64,000 nt of DNA, from contig JAJDDC010000048.1 in NCBI GenBank assembly GCA_029260515.1, forward strand, positions 31,671 through 95,670. Reading direction: 5' to 3'. Below the pieces are notes generated by a model, which saw nothing but the letters and a program-made list of their open reading frames with translations, was not told where the DNA came from and ran no database searches. The DNA comes from Phycisphaerales bacterium (GTDB taxonomy: Bacteria > Planctomycetota > Phycisphaerae > Phycisphaerales > UBA1924). The stretch's first letter is position 1, and each line of letters opens with the position of its first letter. A program made the position numbers and the translations under genes. This document shows, one piece after another, positions 39,262-48,413 of this stretch.

Positions 39262-40662
39262 ATGCGTTCCACCAGCGACACCGCCCTGATCGCCGCGATC
39301 CTCATCGCAATCAAGACACTCGTCGCCGCCGGGACCGCGGCCGCCCAGTGCGACGGCGGACTCCCCGACGCCCCCGACTGGGACTTCCAGCTCCAGTGCC
39401 GCTCATCGCTCGACGCCGGCATCGTCCCGTTCAACCTCCCCTTCCCCTCCTCGCTCTCGAGCCAGTACCTCGCCCTCGACCAGGACGCGGGCGTCGCCAT
39501 CCGCTATTTCTCCTCGGGCGCCCACACCGAGGGCGTCTTCTACGGCATCGACGCCGTCGGCTCCTCCATCATCCAGGTCTCCAGCGGTGACTCGGTCTAC
39601 TCCACCGACATCGACCTCAACGCGGGCATGCTCGCGATCGCCGACGGCCCCTTCGGCGCCGGCGGCGCCCACGTCTTCGACACCGCCGGCTCCGTCATCC
39701 AGAACTTCCCCGCCGGAGGGCCCCAGTCCCTCTCGGGCATCGGCTCGCCGTCCATGCTCGCCGACGGCGCCATCGCCTACCGCGCCGACTTCGGGTTCGA
39801 GGACGTCATCGCCATCGACGAGTTCGACGGCCCGGTGCGCACCCAGACCGTCCTCGCCTCCACCCTGGGCGACTATTCGTTCCTCTTCTCCCCAGCCGCA
39901 AACGACGCCCGCCAGGTCGTCGCCAACACGATCCCAAACGTGGGCCCGACGCGCCGCATCGTCCGCTTCGAGACCGACGGCTCGCCCACGACCGTTGCAC
40001 AGACGGGCGCGACCTTCAACGCTTTCGTCAACTCCACCGCCATCGCGTCCAACGGCTTCGTCGCCTTCACCGCCCGCCGCGCCGCAGACTCCATCTGGGC
40101 CGTCTACCTCTGGGACGGCGCCGCTCTCACCGAGATCGCCTCGGGCGCAGACCCCGACATCAGCAACGGCTCGCTCGCCAACTTCCCACCCGTCGTCAAC
40201 GCACTGGGCTGGGTCGCCTTCCGCGCCACCGACGCCGCCAACAACTCCACCGCCCTCTGGGTCGGCGACGGCGACACCCTTGTCAAGCTCCTCGAGTACG
40301 GCCAACTCGTGCCGACCGACCTCGGCGACCTGCCCGCCGGCTTCGACTTCGGCGGCGGCACCGGCAAGCAAACCATCAACGGCGTCATCGACATCAACGA
40401 CGCCGGCCAGGTCGGCGTCGCCTCCTTCTTCCGAAACGGCACCATCGGCGTCTACGTCGCCACCCCCAACATCGCAGTCCCCTGCAACCCCGTCATCGGC
40501 TACGCCGAACCCTGCGACGTCGCCGACTTCTCCGACGTCGTCGCCTTCCTCATCCTCTTCTCCGAGGGTGACCCCGCCGCAGACCTCGCGGCCCCCGAAG
40601 GCCAGTTCGACTTCTCCGACGTCATCGCATTCCTCACGTACTTCTCCAAAGGCTGCCCGTAA
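39262..40662 (+). CDS. secreted NxxGxxAF-type repeat protein with dockerin-like GCP module (466 aa)
   Basis: Start is ATG 39262 (MRSTSDTALIAAILIAIKTLVAAGTAAAQ). It contains repeats such as VNALGWVAFRA, ASNGFVAFTA, LADGAIAYRA and INDAGQVGVASF. It ends ...YFSKGCP. Confidence 0.75.
   Translation: MRSTSDTALIAAILIAIKTLVAAGTAAAQCDGGLPDAPDWDFQLQCRSSLDAGIVPFNLPFPSSLSSQYLALDQDAGVAIRYFSSGAHTEGVFYGIDAVGSSIIQVSSGDSVYSTDIDLNAGMLAIADGPFGAGGAHVFDTAGSVIQNFPAGGPQSLSGIGSPSMLADGAIAYRADFGFEDVIAIDEFDGPVRTQTVLASTLGDYSFLFSPAANDARQVVANTIPNVGPTRRIVRFETDGSPTTVAQTGATFNAFVNSTAIASNGFVAFTARRAADSIWAVYLWDGAALTEIASGADPDISNGSLANFPPVVNALGWVAFRATDAANNSTALWVGDGDTLVKLLEYGQLVPTDLGDLPAGFDFGGGTGKQTINGVIDINDAGQVGVASFFRNGTIGVYVATPNIAVPCNPVIGYAEPCDVADFSDVVAFLILFSEGDPAADLAAPEGQFDFSDVIAFLTYFSKGCP
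40483..40659 (+). repeat. dockerin-like Cys-bracketed double repeat (first repeat divergent)
   Basis: CNPVIGYAEPCDVADFSDVVAFLILFSEGDPAADLAAPEGQFDFSDVIAFLTYFSKGCP. Confidence 0.8.
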
Positions 40663-40698
40663 CACCCCAGCCCGACGCCGCCTCCCCAAGGACCACCC

Positions 40699-41760
40699 AT
40701 GCCCCGCCTCACCCCCGCCCTCCTCGCCGCCCTCACCGCCACCCCCGCGCTCGCGGCGGACAACTACGCCTTCGTCATCAACCAGGGCGCCAGCGCCGTC
40801 TCCGCCACCACGGCAATCACCGCCGCCTCCGACGGCTCGCTCATCGGTGACCACGACGCGGCCACAAACCCCGACGGGACACAGACCCGCCCGGGCCTCT
40901 TCGGCGGCTCGGGCAACAACGCCATCCCCGTCTCCATCGACTTCGACATCACGACCACAATCGACTCCGCCCCGACCGGCGGCTTCGCACTCGCGCTCGA
41001 CACCGACGCGCTCACGTTCACCATCGGCGACCTCGCCGCCGACCTGCTCTCGGGCGACACCGCCGACTCCGCACTCGAGGCCACCTTCCTCTGGAACTCA
41101 TTCAACACCATCAACCCCTCGGGTATCTTCATCGGCGGCCTCCCCATCTCCCTCCCCCTCTCCACAACGCAGCTCACCACGCTCACCATCGCCCAGTCCG
41201 GCCCGATGACCACCGCCGGCGTCGCCGTCGAGACCGACCCGGGCGTCTACACGCTCGTCGGCGCGATCCCAGCGACCATCACGCTCGCCGCCGATTCCGC
41301 AACGCTCCCCATCCCCGAGACACCTTTCGACGCGACGCTCCCCATCGCCGGCACGATCACTCTCGCGCCCGACGACACCGCGACGATCGAACTCACGCTC
41401 GACCTGGCGAACATCGTCCAGGACATCGACCTCTCGGGCGCCCCGCCCGTCGAGGACGTGCCCTTCCCCCTGCCCACACTCTCCGGGGACACCGCGAACG
41501 TCCTGCTCACCCTGCAGTTCTCGCTCGCGTCTATCGAGTCGTCGGGCGCGATCTCGATCGTCGCCGATGCGGCGCCATCCGGGTGCAACGCCGCGGACCT
41601 CGCCGAGCCATTCGACGTCATCGATTTCTCCGACGTCCTCGCGTTCCTGACCGCGTTCGGCGCCAGCGACGCGGCCGCCGACCTCGCCGACCCGGAGGGC
41701 GTCTTCGACTTCTCCGACGTCATTGCGTTCCTCTCCGCCTTCGGCGCCGGCTGCCCCTGA
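40699..41760 (+). CDS. secreted protein of unknown function with dockerin-like GCP module (353 aa)
   Basis: MPRLTPALLAALTATPALA signal. The body is Thr/Ala/Asp-rich with no recognised domain. It ends ...SAFGAGCP. Confidence 0.75.
   Translation: MPRLTPALLAALTATPALAADNYAFVINQGASAVSATTAITAASDGSLIGDHDAATNPDGTQTRPGLFGGSGNNAIPVSIDFDITTTIDSAPTGGFALALDTDALTFTIGDLAADLLSGDTADSALEATFLWNSFNTINPSGIFIGGLPISLPLSTTQLTTLTIAQSGPMTTAGVAVETDPGVYTLVGAIPATITLAADSATLPIPETPFDATLPIAGTITLAPDDTATIELTLDLANIVQDIDLSGAPPVEDVPFPLPTLSGDTANVLLTLQFSLASIESSGAISIVADAAPSGCNAADLAEPFDVIDFSDVLAFLTAFGASDAAADLADPEGVFDFSDVIAFLSAFGAGCP
41584..41757 (+). repeat. dockerin-like Cys-bracketed double repeat
   Basis: CNAADLAEPFDVIDFSDVLAFLTAFGASDAAADLADPEGVFDFSDVIAFLSAFGAGCP. 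Confidence 0.85.
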
Positions 41761-41881
41761 GGGCTGTTCGCCGCCCCGGACGCAACCCCACGCCCCCCGC
41801 CGACGTAGGGGCCAGTGTCTTTCTCTTTGGGCGTGGGTCGCGCCCGCCATCCCATCCAGGCACTCCCCGACGAGGTTCCCG

Positions 41882-43810
41882 ATGCCCACGAGCCGACGCT
41901 GCGCCATCCTCACCGCCGCCCTCACCGCCGCGATCACGGCTCCAGCCCTCGCGGCCCCCGTCAACACGCTCATCTCCGAGCCCGCGCCAAACGCCGCGCT
42001 CGACTACGCCCGCCGCTCCGCGATCAGCGCCATCGACACCGCGACGCTCGTATCCCTCGCCAACGCCCCACGCGCCGCGACCACGATCGAGCTCGACCTC
42101 CTCGGCGCCCCCGCATCGCTCACCACCCGCCGCGTCCAGCACCACGCCTCGGGCGCCGTCTCCATCTTCGCAGACTTCGCCGACAACCCCGACGCATCGG
42201 CTGTCATTACCACACTCGACGGATTCGTCTCCGCCCGCCTCGAGCACCCCACGCTCGGCGCGTTCACCATCGAGCCCACGCCCATGCGTGACGACGACGG
42301 CGCCCCGCTCCACCGCGTCAACGAGATCGACCCGGCCGGCTTCATGCCCTGCGCCACCAACTGGGCGCCCGCGAACGCCGGGTCGCCCGACGACACCGCC
42401 GCGCCACCCCGCGGCGTCCAGTTCGTCGACATGATGATGCTCTACACCCCCGCCGTCCGCAACACCCTCGGCGGCCACACCCCCGCCATCGTCTTCTGCC
42501 AGAACGCCATCGACCTTGCCAACGACGCCTACGACCTCTCTGGCATCACACAGGTCCAACTCCGCATGGTGCACGTCGAGCAAGTGGACTACGTCGAGTC
42601 GGGAAACACAGGCACGGACCTCACACGCCTGCGGAACTCGGGAGACGGCAACTTCGACCACATCCACACCACGCGCAACCAGGTCGGCGCCGACAACGTC
42701 GCGCTCATCGTCAACTTCGCCAACAACGCCTGCGGCCAGGCCGCCAGCCTCAACCCCGTCAACGCCAATCTCGCCTTCTCTGTCTCCGCCCGCGGCTGCG
42801 CGATCGGCAACATCACGTTCCCCCACGAGGTCGGCCACACCATGGGCTGCGCCCACGACCACCAGAACACCGGGGGCAGCTTCTACTCATACGCGTTCGG
42901 GCACCTGTTCCAGGACGGCAACGGCATCAACCGCCGCACCATCATGGGCGTCTCCTCCGGCTCGCGCATCCAACGCTTCTCCAACCCCGACGTCCTCTTC
43001 GTCGGCGTCCCCACCGGCGTCGCCTCCGGGTCCAACGCCGCCGACAACGCCCGCGCCCACGACAACTCCGCGAACGACATGTCCACCCACCGTGACGACT
43101 TCGGCTGCCTCCCGTTCGCCATTATCGGACAACCCGCGGACGAGGCCGCTTGCGTCGGCTCCGCCATAGACCTCTCTGTACAGGTCTTCGCCGAGGACAT
43201 CGACGAGGTCTCCTTCCAGTGGCGCAAGAACATCATCCCGATCCCCGGCGCCACCTCGCAGAGCCTCACGATCCCGTCCGCGGCCCTCTCCGACGCGGGC
43301 ATCTACGACGTCCTCGTCTCCAGCCCCTGCACCTCCTTCAACTCCGACATCGTCCAGGTCAGCGTGGACAACCCCACCTTCGATACCCAGCCCCAGTCCC
43401 AGACAGCGCAGCCCGGCGACGACGTCGTCTTCTCCGTCGTGTTCGCGATCCCCGATACCCAGATCTTCTGGCTCAAGAACGGCCAGCTCATCATCACCGC
43501 CACCAACACCGACACGCTCACACTCAACGACGTCACCGAGGCCGACGAGGCGACCTACACCGCCAACGCCGTCGCGCCCTGCGGCACGATCGTCTCCAAC
43601 GCCGCGACCCTGACCGTCGGCGCCCCCGCCGGCTGCAACGCCGCCGACCTCGCCGAGCCGTTCGACACGCTCGACTTCTCAGACGTCATCGCGTTCCTCT
43701 CGGGCTTCGCCGCGATGGAGCCCACCGCCGACCTCGCCGCTCCCCAGGGCGTGTTCGATTTCTCCGACGTCGTCGCGTTCCTCAGCGCCTTCGGCGCCGG
43801 CTGCCCCTGA
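41882..43810 (+). CDS. secreted metzincin (reprolysin/M12B-like) zinc metalloprotease with two Ig-like domains and dockerin-like GCP module (642 aa)
   Basis: Start is ATG 41882 (MPTSRRCAILTAALTAAITAPALA). FPHEVGHTMGCAHDH is an HExxHxxGxxH motif. Two I-set-like Ig repeats are present (SFQWRKNIIPIPGATSQSLTIPSAALSDAGIYDVLV; FWLKNGQLI...VTEADEATYTANA). Confidence 0.85.
   Translation: MPTSRRCAILTAALTAAITAPALAAPVNTLISEPAPNAALDYARRSAISAIDTATLVSLANAPRAATTIELDLLGAPASLTTRRVQHHASGAVSIFADFADNPDASAVITTLDGFVSARLEHPTLGAFTIEPTPMRDDDGAPLHRVNEIDPAGFMPCATNWAPANAGSPDDTAAPPRGVQFVDMMMLYTPAVRNTLGGHTPAIVFCQNAIDLANDAYDLSGITQVQLRMVHVEQVDYVESGNTGTDLTRLRNSGDGNFDHIHTTRNQVGADNVALIVNFANNACGQAASLNPVNANLAFSVSARGCAIGNITFPHEVGHTMGCAHDHQNTGGSFYSYAFGHLFQDGNGINRRTIMGVSSGSRIQRFSNPDVLFVGVPTGVASGSNAADNARAHDNSANDMSTHRDDFGCLPFAIIGQPADEAACVGSAIDLSVQVFAEDIDEVSFQWRKNIIPIPGATSQSLTIPSAALSDAGIYDVLVSSPCTSFNSDIVQVSVDNPTFDTQPQSQTAQPGDDVVFSVVFAIPDTQIFWLKNGQLIITATNTDTLTLNDVTEADEATYTANAVAPCGTIVSNAATLTVGAPAGCNAADLAEPFDTLDFSDVIAFLSGFAAMEPTADLAAPQGVFDFSDVVAFLSAFGAGCP
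43634..43807 (+). repeat. dockerin-like Cys-bracketed double repeat
   Basis: CNAADLAEPFDTLDFSDVIAFLSGFAAMEPTADLAAPQGVFDFSDVVAFLSAFGAGCP. Confidence 0.85.
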
Positions 43811-43933
43811 GCAACCCGCCCGCCCGCCCTTGACGCTCCAGCGCCGTTCCGCGACACTCGGGCTGCCGATCTCCTATGAACACGGAGGCGGCGGTACTGG
43901 TTCGCCCCGCGGCAGCCCCCAGAGGAGAGTCTG

Positions 43934-46915
43934 ATGACCCCCAAGGCCGTTCTCGCCGCCACCGCCACCCTTTCGGGCGGCGCGGTCTTCGCACTCGCCC
44001 TCACCTCGGCCACTCCCCGCGACGCCACGCCGCACCTCATCGCCCGCGGCCTCGTTGACGAGTTCGTGAACTGGGAGAACCCCCACGTCCACCCGCTGGA
44101 CATGACCCCAGACGCCTCCCGCCTCCTGGCCGTCAACACCGCCGACAACCGCCTCGAGATCTTCTCGCTCACCGGCGCCTCGCCCGCGATCGAGGCCACT
44201 GTCCCCGTCGGCCTCGACCCCGTCGCGGTCCGTGCACGGACCAACACCGAGGCCTGGGTCGTCAACCACATCTCCGACTCGGTCTCGATCGTGGACCTGA
44301 CGACCATGAACGTCGTCGCGACGATCCAGACCGCCGACGAACCCGCGGACGTGATCTTTGCCGGCGCCCCGCAGCGCGCCTTCGTCACCTGCTCGCAGGC
44401 AAACCTCGTTCAGGTCTTCGACCCCGCCACCCCCGGTGCGCCCATCGCCGAGATCGCCATCGAGGGCGAGGACCCCCGCGCCCTGGCCGTCAGCCCCGAC
44501 GGCGCCACCGTCTACGCCGCCATCTTCGAGTCAGGCAACGCGACCACCATCCTCGGCGGGGGCATCGCCGACAACAACACACTCGCCTTCCCCCCCAACG
44601 TCGCCTCCCACCCGCTCGGCCCGCACAACGGCGCCAACCCCCCGCCCAACGACGGCGCCGCCTTCAGCCCCCCCGAGAACGGCGCGAACCCCAACCCACC
44701 CCGCGTCGGCCTCATCGTCCGCCGCGACGCGCTGGGCAATTGGCGCGACGACACCGGCGCGGACTGGACCAACCTCGTCTCGGGCGACCTGGCCGCCCTC
44801 TCCGGGCGAATCCCGGGCTGGACGCTCGTGGACCACGACGTCGCCGTCATCGACGCCTCGTCGCTCGGCGTGTCCTACGCCACCTCGCTCATGAACACGA
44901 ACATGGCCATCGCCGTCAACCCCGTCAGCGCCGAGATCGCCGTCGTCGGTCTGGAGGCGACCAACGAAGTCCGCTTCGAGCCCATCGTCAACGGCCGCTT
45001 CGTCCGCGTCCTCGCCGCCCGCGTCGATCCCCTCGACACCGCCAACTCCACCACCACCGACCTCAACCCCCACCTCACCTACACGACGGGCCCCGACTTC
45101 ATCCCCGAACTCCAGTCCACCCGCGACCAGTCCGTCGGCGACCCCCGCGCCATCGTCTACTCCCCCGACGGCCTCACCGCCTACGTCGCGGGCATGGGCT
45201 CCAACAACGTCGCCGTCTTCGACGCCTCGCTCACCCGCGGCGCCCCAAGCTCGACCTTCGAGGTCGGCGAAGGCCCCACCGGCCTCGCCTACGACGACGC
45301 CCGCTCACGCCTCTACGTCATGAACAAGTTCGCCGGCTCCATCTCCGTCGTCGATCTCTCCGCGTCCGGCGACCCCACCCTCGAGATCCCCTTCTTCGAC
45401 CCCACCCCAGCATCCATCAAAACCGGGCGCAAGCACCTCTACGACACCCACGCCAACTCGGGCCTGGGCCAGGCCTCGTGCGCCTCGTGCCACATCGACG
45501 CGCGCACCGACCGCCTCGCCTGGGACCTGGGCGACCCCGCCGGCGACATGAAGGACTTCGAGGGCAACTGCCCCGACGGCGGCTGCACCGACTGGCACCC
45601 CATGAAGGGGCCCATGACCACCCAGACACTCCAGGACATCATCGCCAAGGAACCCCACCACTGGCGCGGCGACCGCACCGGCATCGAAGAGTTCAACGGC
45701 GCCTTCATCTCCCTCCTCGGCGACGACGACAACCTCACACCCGCCCAGATGCAGGAGTTCGAAGACTTCCTCGCCACCATCCACTTCCCGCCAAACCCCT
45801 TCCGCAACGCCGACAACTCCCTGCCGACCAACCTCCCCCTCGACGGGCACTACACCACCGGCCGCTTCGCCCCCGCCGGCCAACCCCTGCCCAACGGCAA
45901 CGCCGTCGCCGGCCTCAACGAGTACCGCTTCGGCAACCTCGACGCCCCCTTCCAGTGCGTCACCTGCCACACCCTCCCCACAGGCATGGGCGCCAACATC
46001 GACTTCCTGGGCCTCCCCCCCTTCGACCAGCTCCCCCCCGGGCCCGACGGCGAACTCCACCACGCCCTCGTCTCCCTCGACGGCTCCACCAACCGCTCGA
46101 TCAAAATCCCCCAGACCCGTTCCATCCACGAGAAGACCGGCTTCAACACCACCCAACTCCGCAACACCGCCGGCTTCGGCGTCCTCCACGACGGCTCCGT
46201 AGATTCCATCGAACGATTCGTCGCCGAGCCCGCATTCGCCGTCAGCTCCGACCAGGAGATCGCGAACATGACCGCCTTCATGCTCGCCTTCTCCGGCTCC
46301 GACCTCCCCGAGCCCCAGGGCGCCCTCGAGCCCCCCGGCCCCCCCAGCCTCGACACACACGCCGCCGTCGGCATGCAGACCACCCTCGACGGCTCGGAGT
46401 CCGGCGACCTCGCCCTCCTCACCACACTCAAGGACGAGGCCGACCTCACACGCATCGGCCTGATCGCCAAGGGCGTCTACCAGGGCGAGCACCGCGGCTT
46501 CACCTACCTCGGCGCCAACCTCTACCAGTCCGACCGCGCCGCACAGACCATCTCCCACGCCGCGCTCATCGCCGCCGCCGCACCGGGCGCACAGATCACC
46601 TTCACCGCCGTCCCCCTCGGCGCGCAGTTCCGCATCGGCATCGACCGCGACTCCGACCTCTTCTACGACTCCGACGAGCTCGACGCCTGCGCCGACCCCG
46701 CCGACCCCGCCTCCACACCGCTCAACAGCACCTGCGGCTGCGGCGCCGCCGACCTCGCCGAGCCCCTGGGCGTCCTCGATTTTTCCGACGTCCTGGCCTT
46801 CCTCACCGCGTTCGGAACCATGGACCCCGCCGCGGACCTCGCCGCCCCGACAGGCGTCTTCGACTTCTCCGACGTCCTGGCCTTCCTGACCGCCTTCGGC
46901 GCCGGCTGCCCATGA
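43934..46915 (+). CDS. secreted YVTN-type beta-propeller fused to a two-CxxCH (di-haem cytochrome c peroxidase-like) domain and dockerin-like GCP module (993 aa)
   Basis: GAGGAG RBS. YVTN-like repeats are present (LLAVNTADNRLEIFS, AWVVNHISDSVSIVD, AFVTCSQANLVQVFD, VYAAIFESGN, AYVAGMGSNNVAVFD, LYVMNKFAGSISVVD). Two haem-c motifs are CASCH (45479-45493) and CVTCH (45956-45970). Confidence 0.8.
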   Translation: MTPKAVLAATATLSGGAVFALALTSATPRDATPHLIARGLVDEFVNWENPHVHPLDMTPDASRLLAVNTADNRLEIFSLTGASPAIEATVPVGLDPVAVRARTNTEAWVVNHISDSVSIVDLTTMNVVATIQTADEPADVIFAGAPQRAFVTCSQANLVQVFDPATPGAPIAEIAIEGEDPRALAVSPDGATVYAAIFESGNATTILGGGIADNNTLAFPPNVASHPLGPHNGANPPPNDGAAFSPPENGANPNPPRVGLIVRRDALGNWRDDTGADWTNLVSGDLAALSGRIPGWTLVDHDVAVIDASSLGVSYATSLMNTNMAIAVNPVSAEIAVVGLEATNEVRFEPIVNGRFVRVLAARVDPLDTANSTTTDLNPHLTYTTGPDFIPELQSTRDQSVGDPRAIVYSPDGLTAYVAGMGSNNVAVFDASLTRGAPSSTFEVGEGPTGLAYDDARSRLYVMNKFAGSISVVDLSASGDPTLEIPFFDPTPASIKTGRKHLYDTHANSGLGQASCASCHIDARTDRLAWDLGDPAGDMKDFEGNCPDGGCTDWHPMKGPMTTQTLQDIIAKEPHHWRGDRTGIEEFNGAFISLLGDDDNLTPAQMQEFEDFLATIHFPPNPFRNADNSLPTNLPLDGHYTTGRFAPAGQPLPNGNAVAGLNEYRFGNLDAPFQCVTCHTLPTGMGANIDFLGLPPFDQLPPGPDGELHHALVSLDGSTNRSIKIPQTRSIHEKTGFNTTQLRNTAGFGVLHDGSVDSIERFVAEPAFAVSSDQEIANMTAFMLAFSGSDLPEPQGALEPPGPPSLDTHAAVGMQTTLDGSESGDLALLTTLKDEADLTRIGLIAKGVYQGEHRGFTYLGANLYQSDRAAQTISHAALIAAAAPGAQITFTAVPLGAQFRIGIDRDSDLFYDSDELDACADPADPASTPLNSTCGCGAADLAEPLGVLDFSDVLAFLTAFGTMDPAADLAAPTGVFDFSDVLAFLTAFGAGCP
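46739..46912 (+). repeat. dockerin-like Cys-bracketed double repeat
   Basis: CGAADLAEPLGVLDFSDVLAFLTAFGTMDPAADLAAPTGVFDFSDVLAFLTAFGAGCP. Confidence 0.85.
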
Positions 46916-46919
46916 TTCG

Positions 46920-46952
46920 TTGATTCAGACTTTATGCCGTATTGTGAATCAA
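46920..46952. promoter_or_regulatory. AT-rich inverted repeat upstream of 47021 gene (candidate operator/promoter)
   Basis: TTGATTCA (46920-46927), a 17-nt spacer, then TGAATCAA (46945-46952). It is preceded by a direct repeat TGATTCGT/TGATTCAG. This is one of the most AT-rich stretches I saw in an otherwise GC-rich window. Confidence 0.3.
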
Positions 46953-47020
46953 TTCCGCTCGAACCGTGCACCCCACGCGGTATCCTGAATACGACGCACC
47001 AGCACCCCGGGGGATTTGCC

Positions 47021-48328
47021 ATGACGACGCACCGTCTCGCATTCGCCGTCCTCCTCGCCACCGCCCCCGCCCCCGCCTCGCCCGACCTCATCGCCGGCGG
47101 CATCGACTCGGTCAACCACTACGGCGAGGTCGCCGGCGCCCACGCCTACTCGTTCGGCGCCACCGTCTGCAATGTTGGCTTCGACCCGACAACCTACAAC
47201 CACCTCACCAACCAACACCCCGTCATCGCCCAGCATCTCTACCGCATCGCGGACGGGCGTCTCGAGCAGATCGGCATGTCGTGGGCCTTCCACACATTCT
47301 TCGCGCTCGAGCAAGGCATCTGCGCCACATGCACCCCAGTCGGCGGCGGCTCCCTCGGCCCCGGCTGCGCGACCTCAGACGCCGCCGGCATCCTCGGCGG
47401 CCAGCCGCAACTCGGTCCCCGCTTCGAGATCAACGCCGCCACCGGCGCCTTCGACTTCCCCTTCTCCAATCCCGGCGGCGAACTCGGCGACATCATCTTC
47501 AAACGCGTCCAGGTCCCCACCAGCCTCCTCTCCCCCGACGCCACGTACATCGCCGAACTCCAGGTGCTCTCCCCCGAGGACCTCGGCGCCACCGCCACCA
47601 ACAACGCCTCCCACCGCACGGCCAATCTGCAGCCCAACGGAAGCCTCACGCTCTCGGGCGACACGCAGCGTGAACGCCCCGCGATCCTCGCATGGGCAGA
47701 CCTCGACCCCGACGTCGTCGTCCGGACCATCGACATCCCGGGCGACGGCCGCTTCCACGCCGCCGCCAAAGTCATCAACCAGGGCGACGGGACCTGGCGA
47801 TACCACTACGCCATCCACAACCTCAACTCGCACCGCGCCGCCAACGGCATCATCATCCCCGCCTTCGTCTTCCAGGTCACCGACACCGAGTTCCACGCGC
47901 CCCACTATCACTCGGGCTCCCCCGTGGACAACGTGCCGTGGGAGTTCACGCCCGGCGCAATCTCCGTCGCCTGGTTCGCCCCGGAGCACACCCCCGCGAA
48001 CGATCTCTCCGCCAACGCCCTCCGCTGGGGCACGACCTACACGTTCTCCATGACCGCCCCCGCCCCCCCGGTCGAGGCCGACGCCACCGTCTACCTCTTC
48101 CGCCCGGGCGCCGAAAACTCTTTCTCGGTCTCCCTGCCAGTCCCCGGCGCGCAGTGCCTCGCCGACCTCGCAGCGCCGTTCGGCCAACTCGATTTCTCCG
48201 ATGTCCTCGCGTTCCTCCTGGCGTTCGCCGCCGAGGATCCGGCCGCAGACCTCGGCGCCCCGACCGGGGTCTTCGATTTCTCAGACGTCACGGCCTTCCT
48301 CACGGCGTTCAGCGCGGGCTGCCCCTAG
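47021..48328 (+). CDS. secreted protein of unrecognised Cys/His-rich family with dockerin-like GCP module (435 aa), paralog A
   Basis: Start is ATG 47021 (MTTHRLAFAVLLATAPAPASP). It shares conserved blocks with the next gene (see findings). It ends ...AFSAGCP. Confidence 0.75.
   Translation: MTTHRLAFAVLLATAPAPASPDLIAGGIDSVNHYGEVAGAHAYSFGATVCNVGFDPTTYNHLTNQHPVIAQHLYRIADGRLEQIGMSWAFHTFFALEQGICATCTPVGGGSLGPGCATSDAAGILGGQPQLGPRFEINAATGAFDFPFSNPGGELGDIIFKRVQVPTSLLSPDATYIAELQVLSPEDLGATATNNASHRTANLQPNGSLTLSGDTQRERPAILAWADLDPDVVVRTIDIPGDGRFHAAAKVINQGDGTWRYHYAIHNLNSHRAANGIIIPAFVFQVTDTEFHAPHYHSGSPVDNVPWEFTPGAISVAWFAPEHTPANDLSANALRWGTTYTFSMTAPAPPVEADATVYLFRPGAENSFSVSLPVPGAQCLADLAAPFGQLDFSDVLAFLLAFAAEDPAADLGAPTGVFDFSDVTAFLTAFSAGCP
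48155..48325 (+). repeat. dockerin-like Cys-bracketed double repeat
   Basis: CLADLAAPFGQLDFSDVLAFLLAFAAEDPAADLGAPTGVFDFSDVTAFLTAFSAGCP. Confidence 0.85.
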
Positions 48329-48413
48329 AGCCCCCAACCACCGGTCCATTTCCACTCGGCCCGCGAGCCGCAGCGCGGTACGATGCCCCTGCACCCACAC
48401 GCAGGGGACCCCC

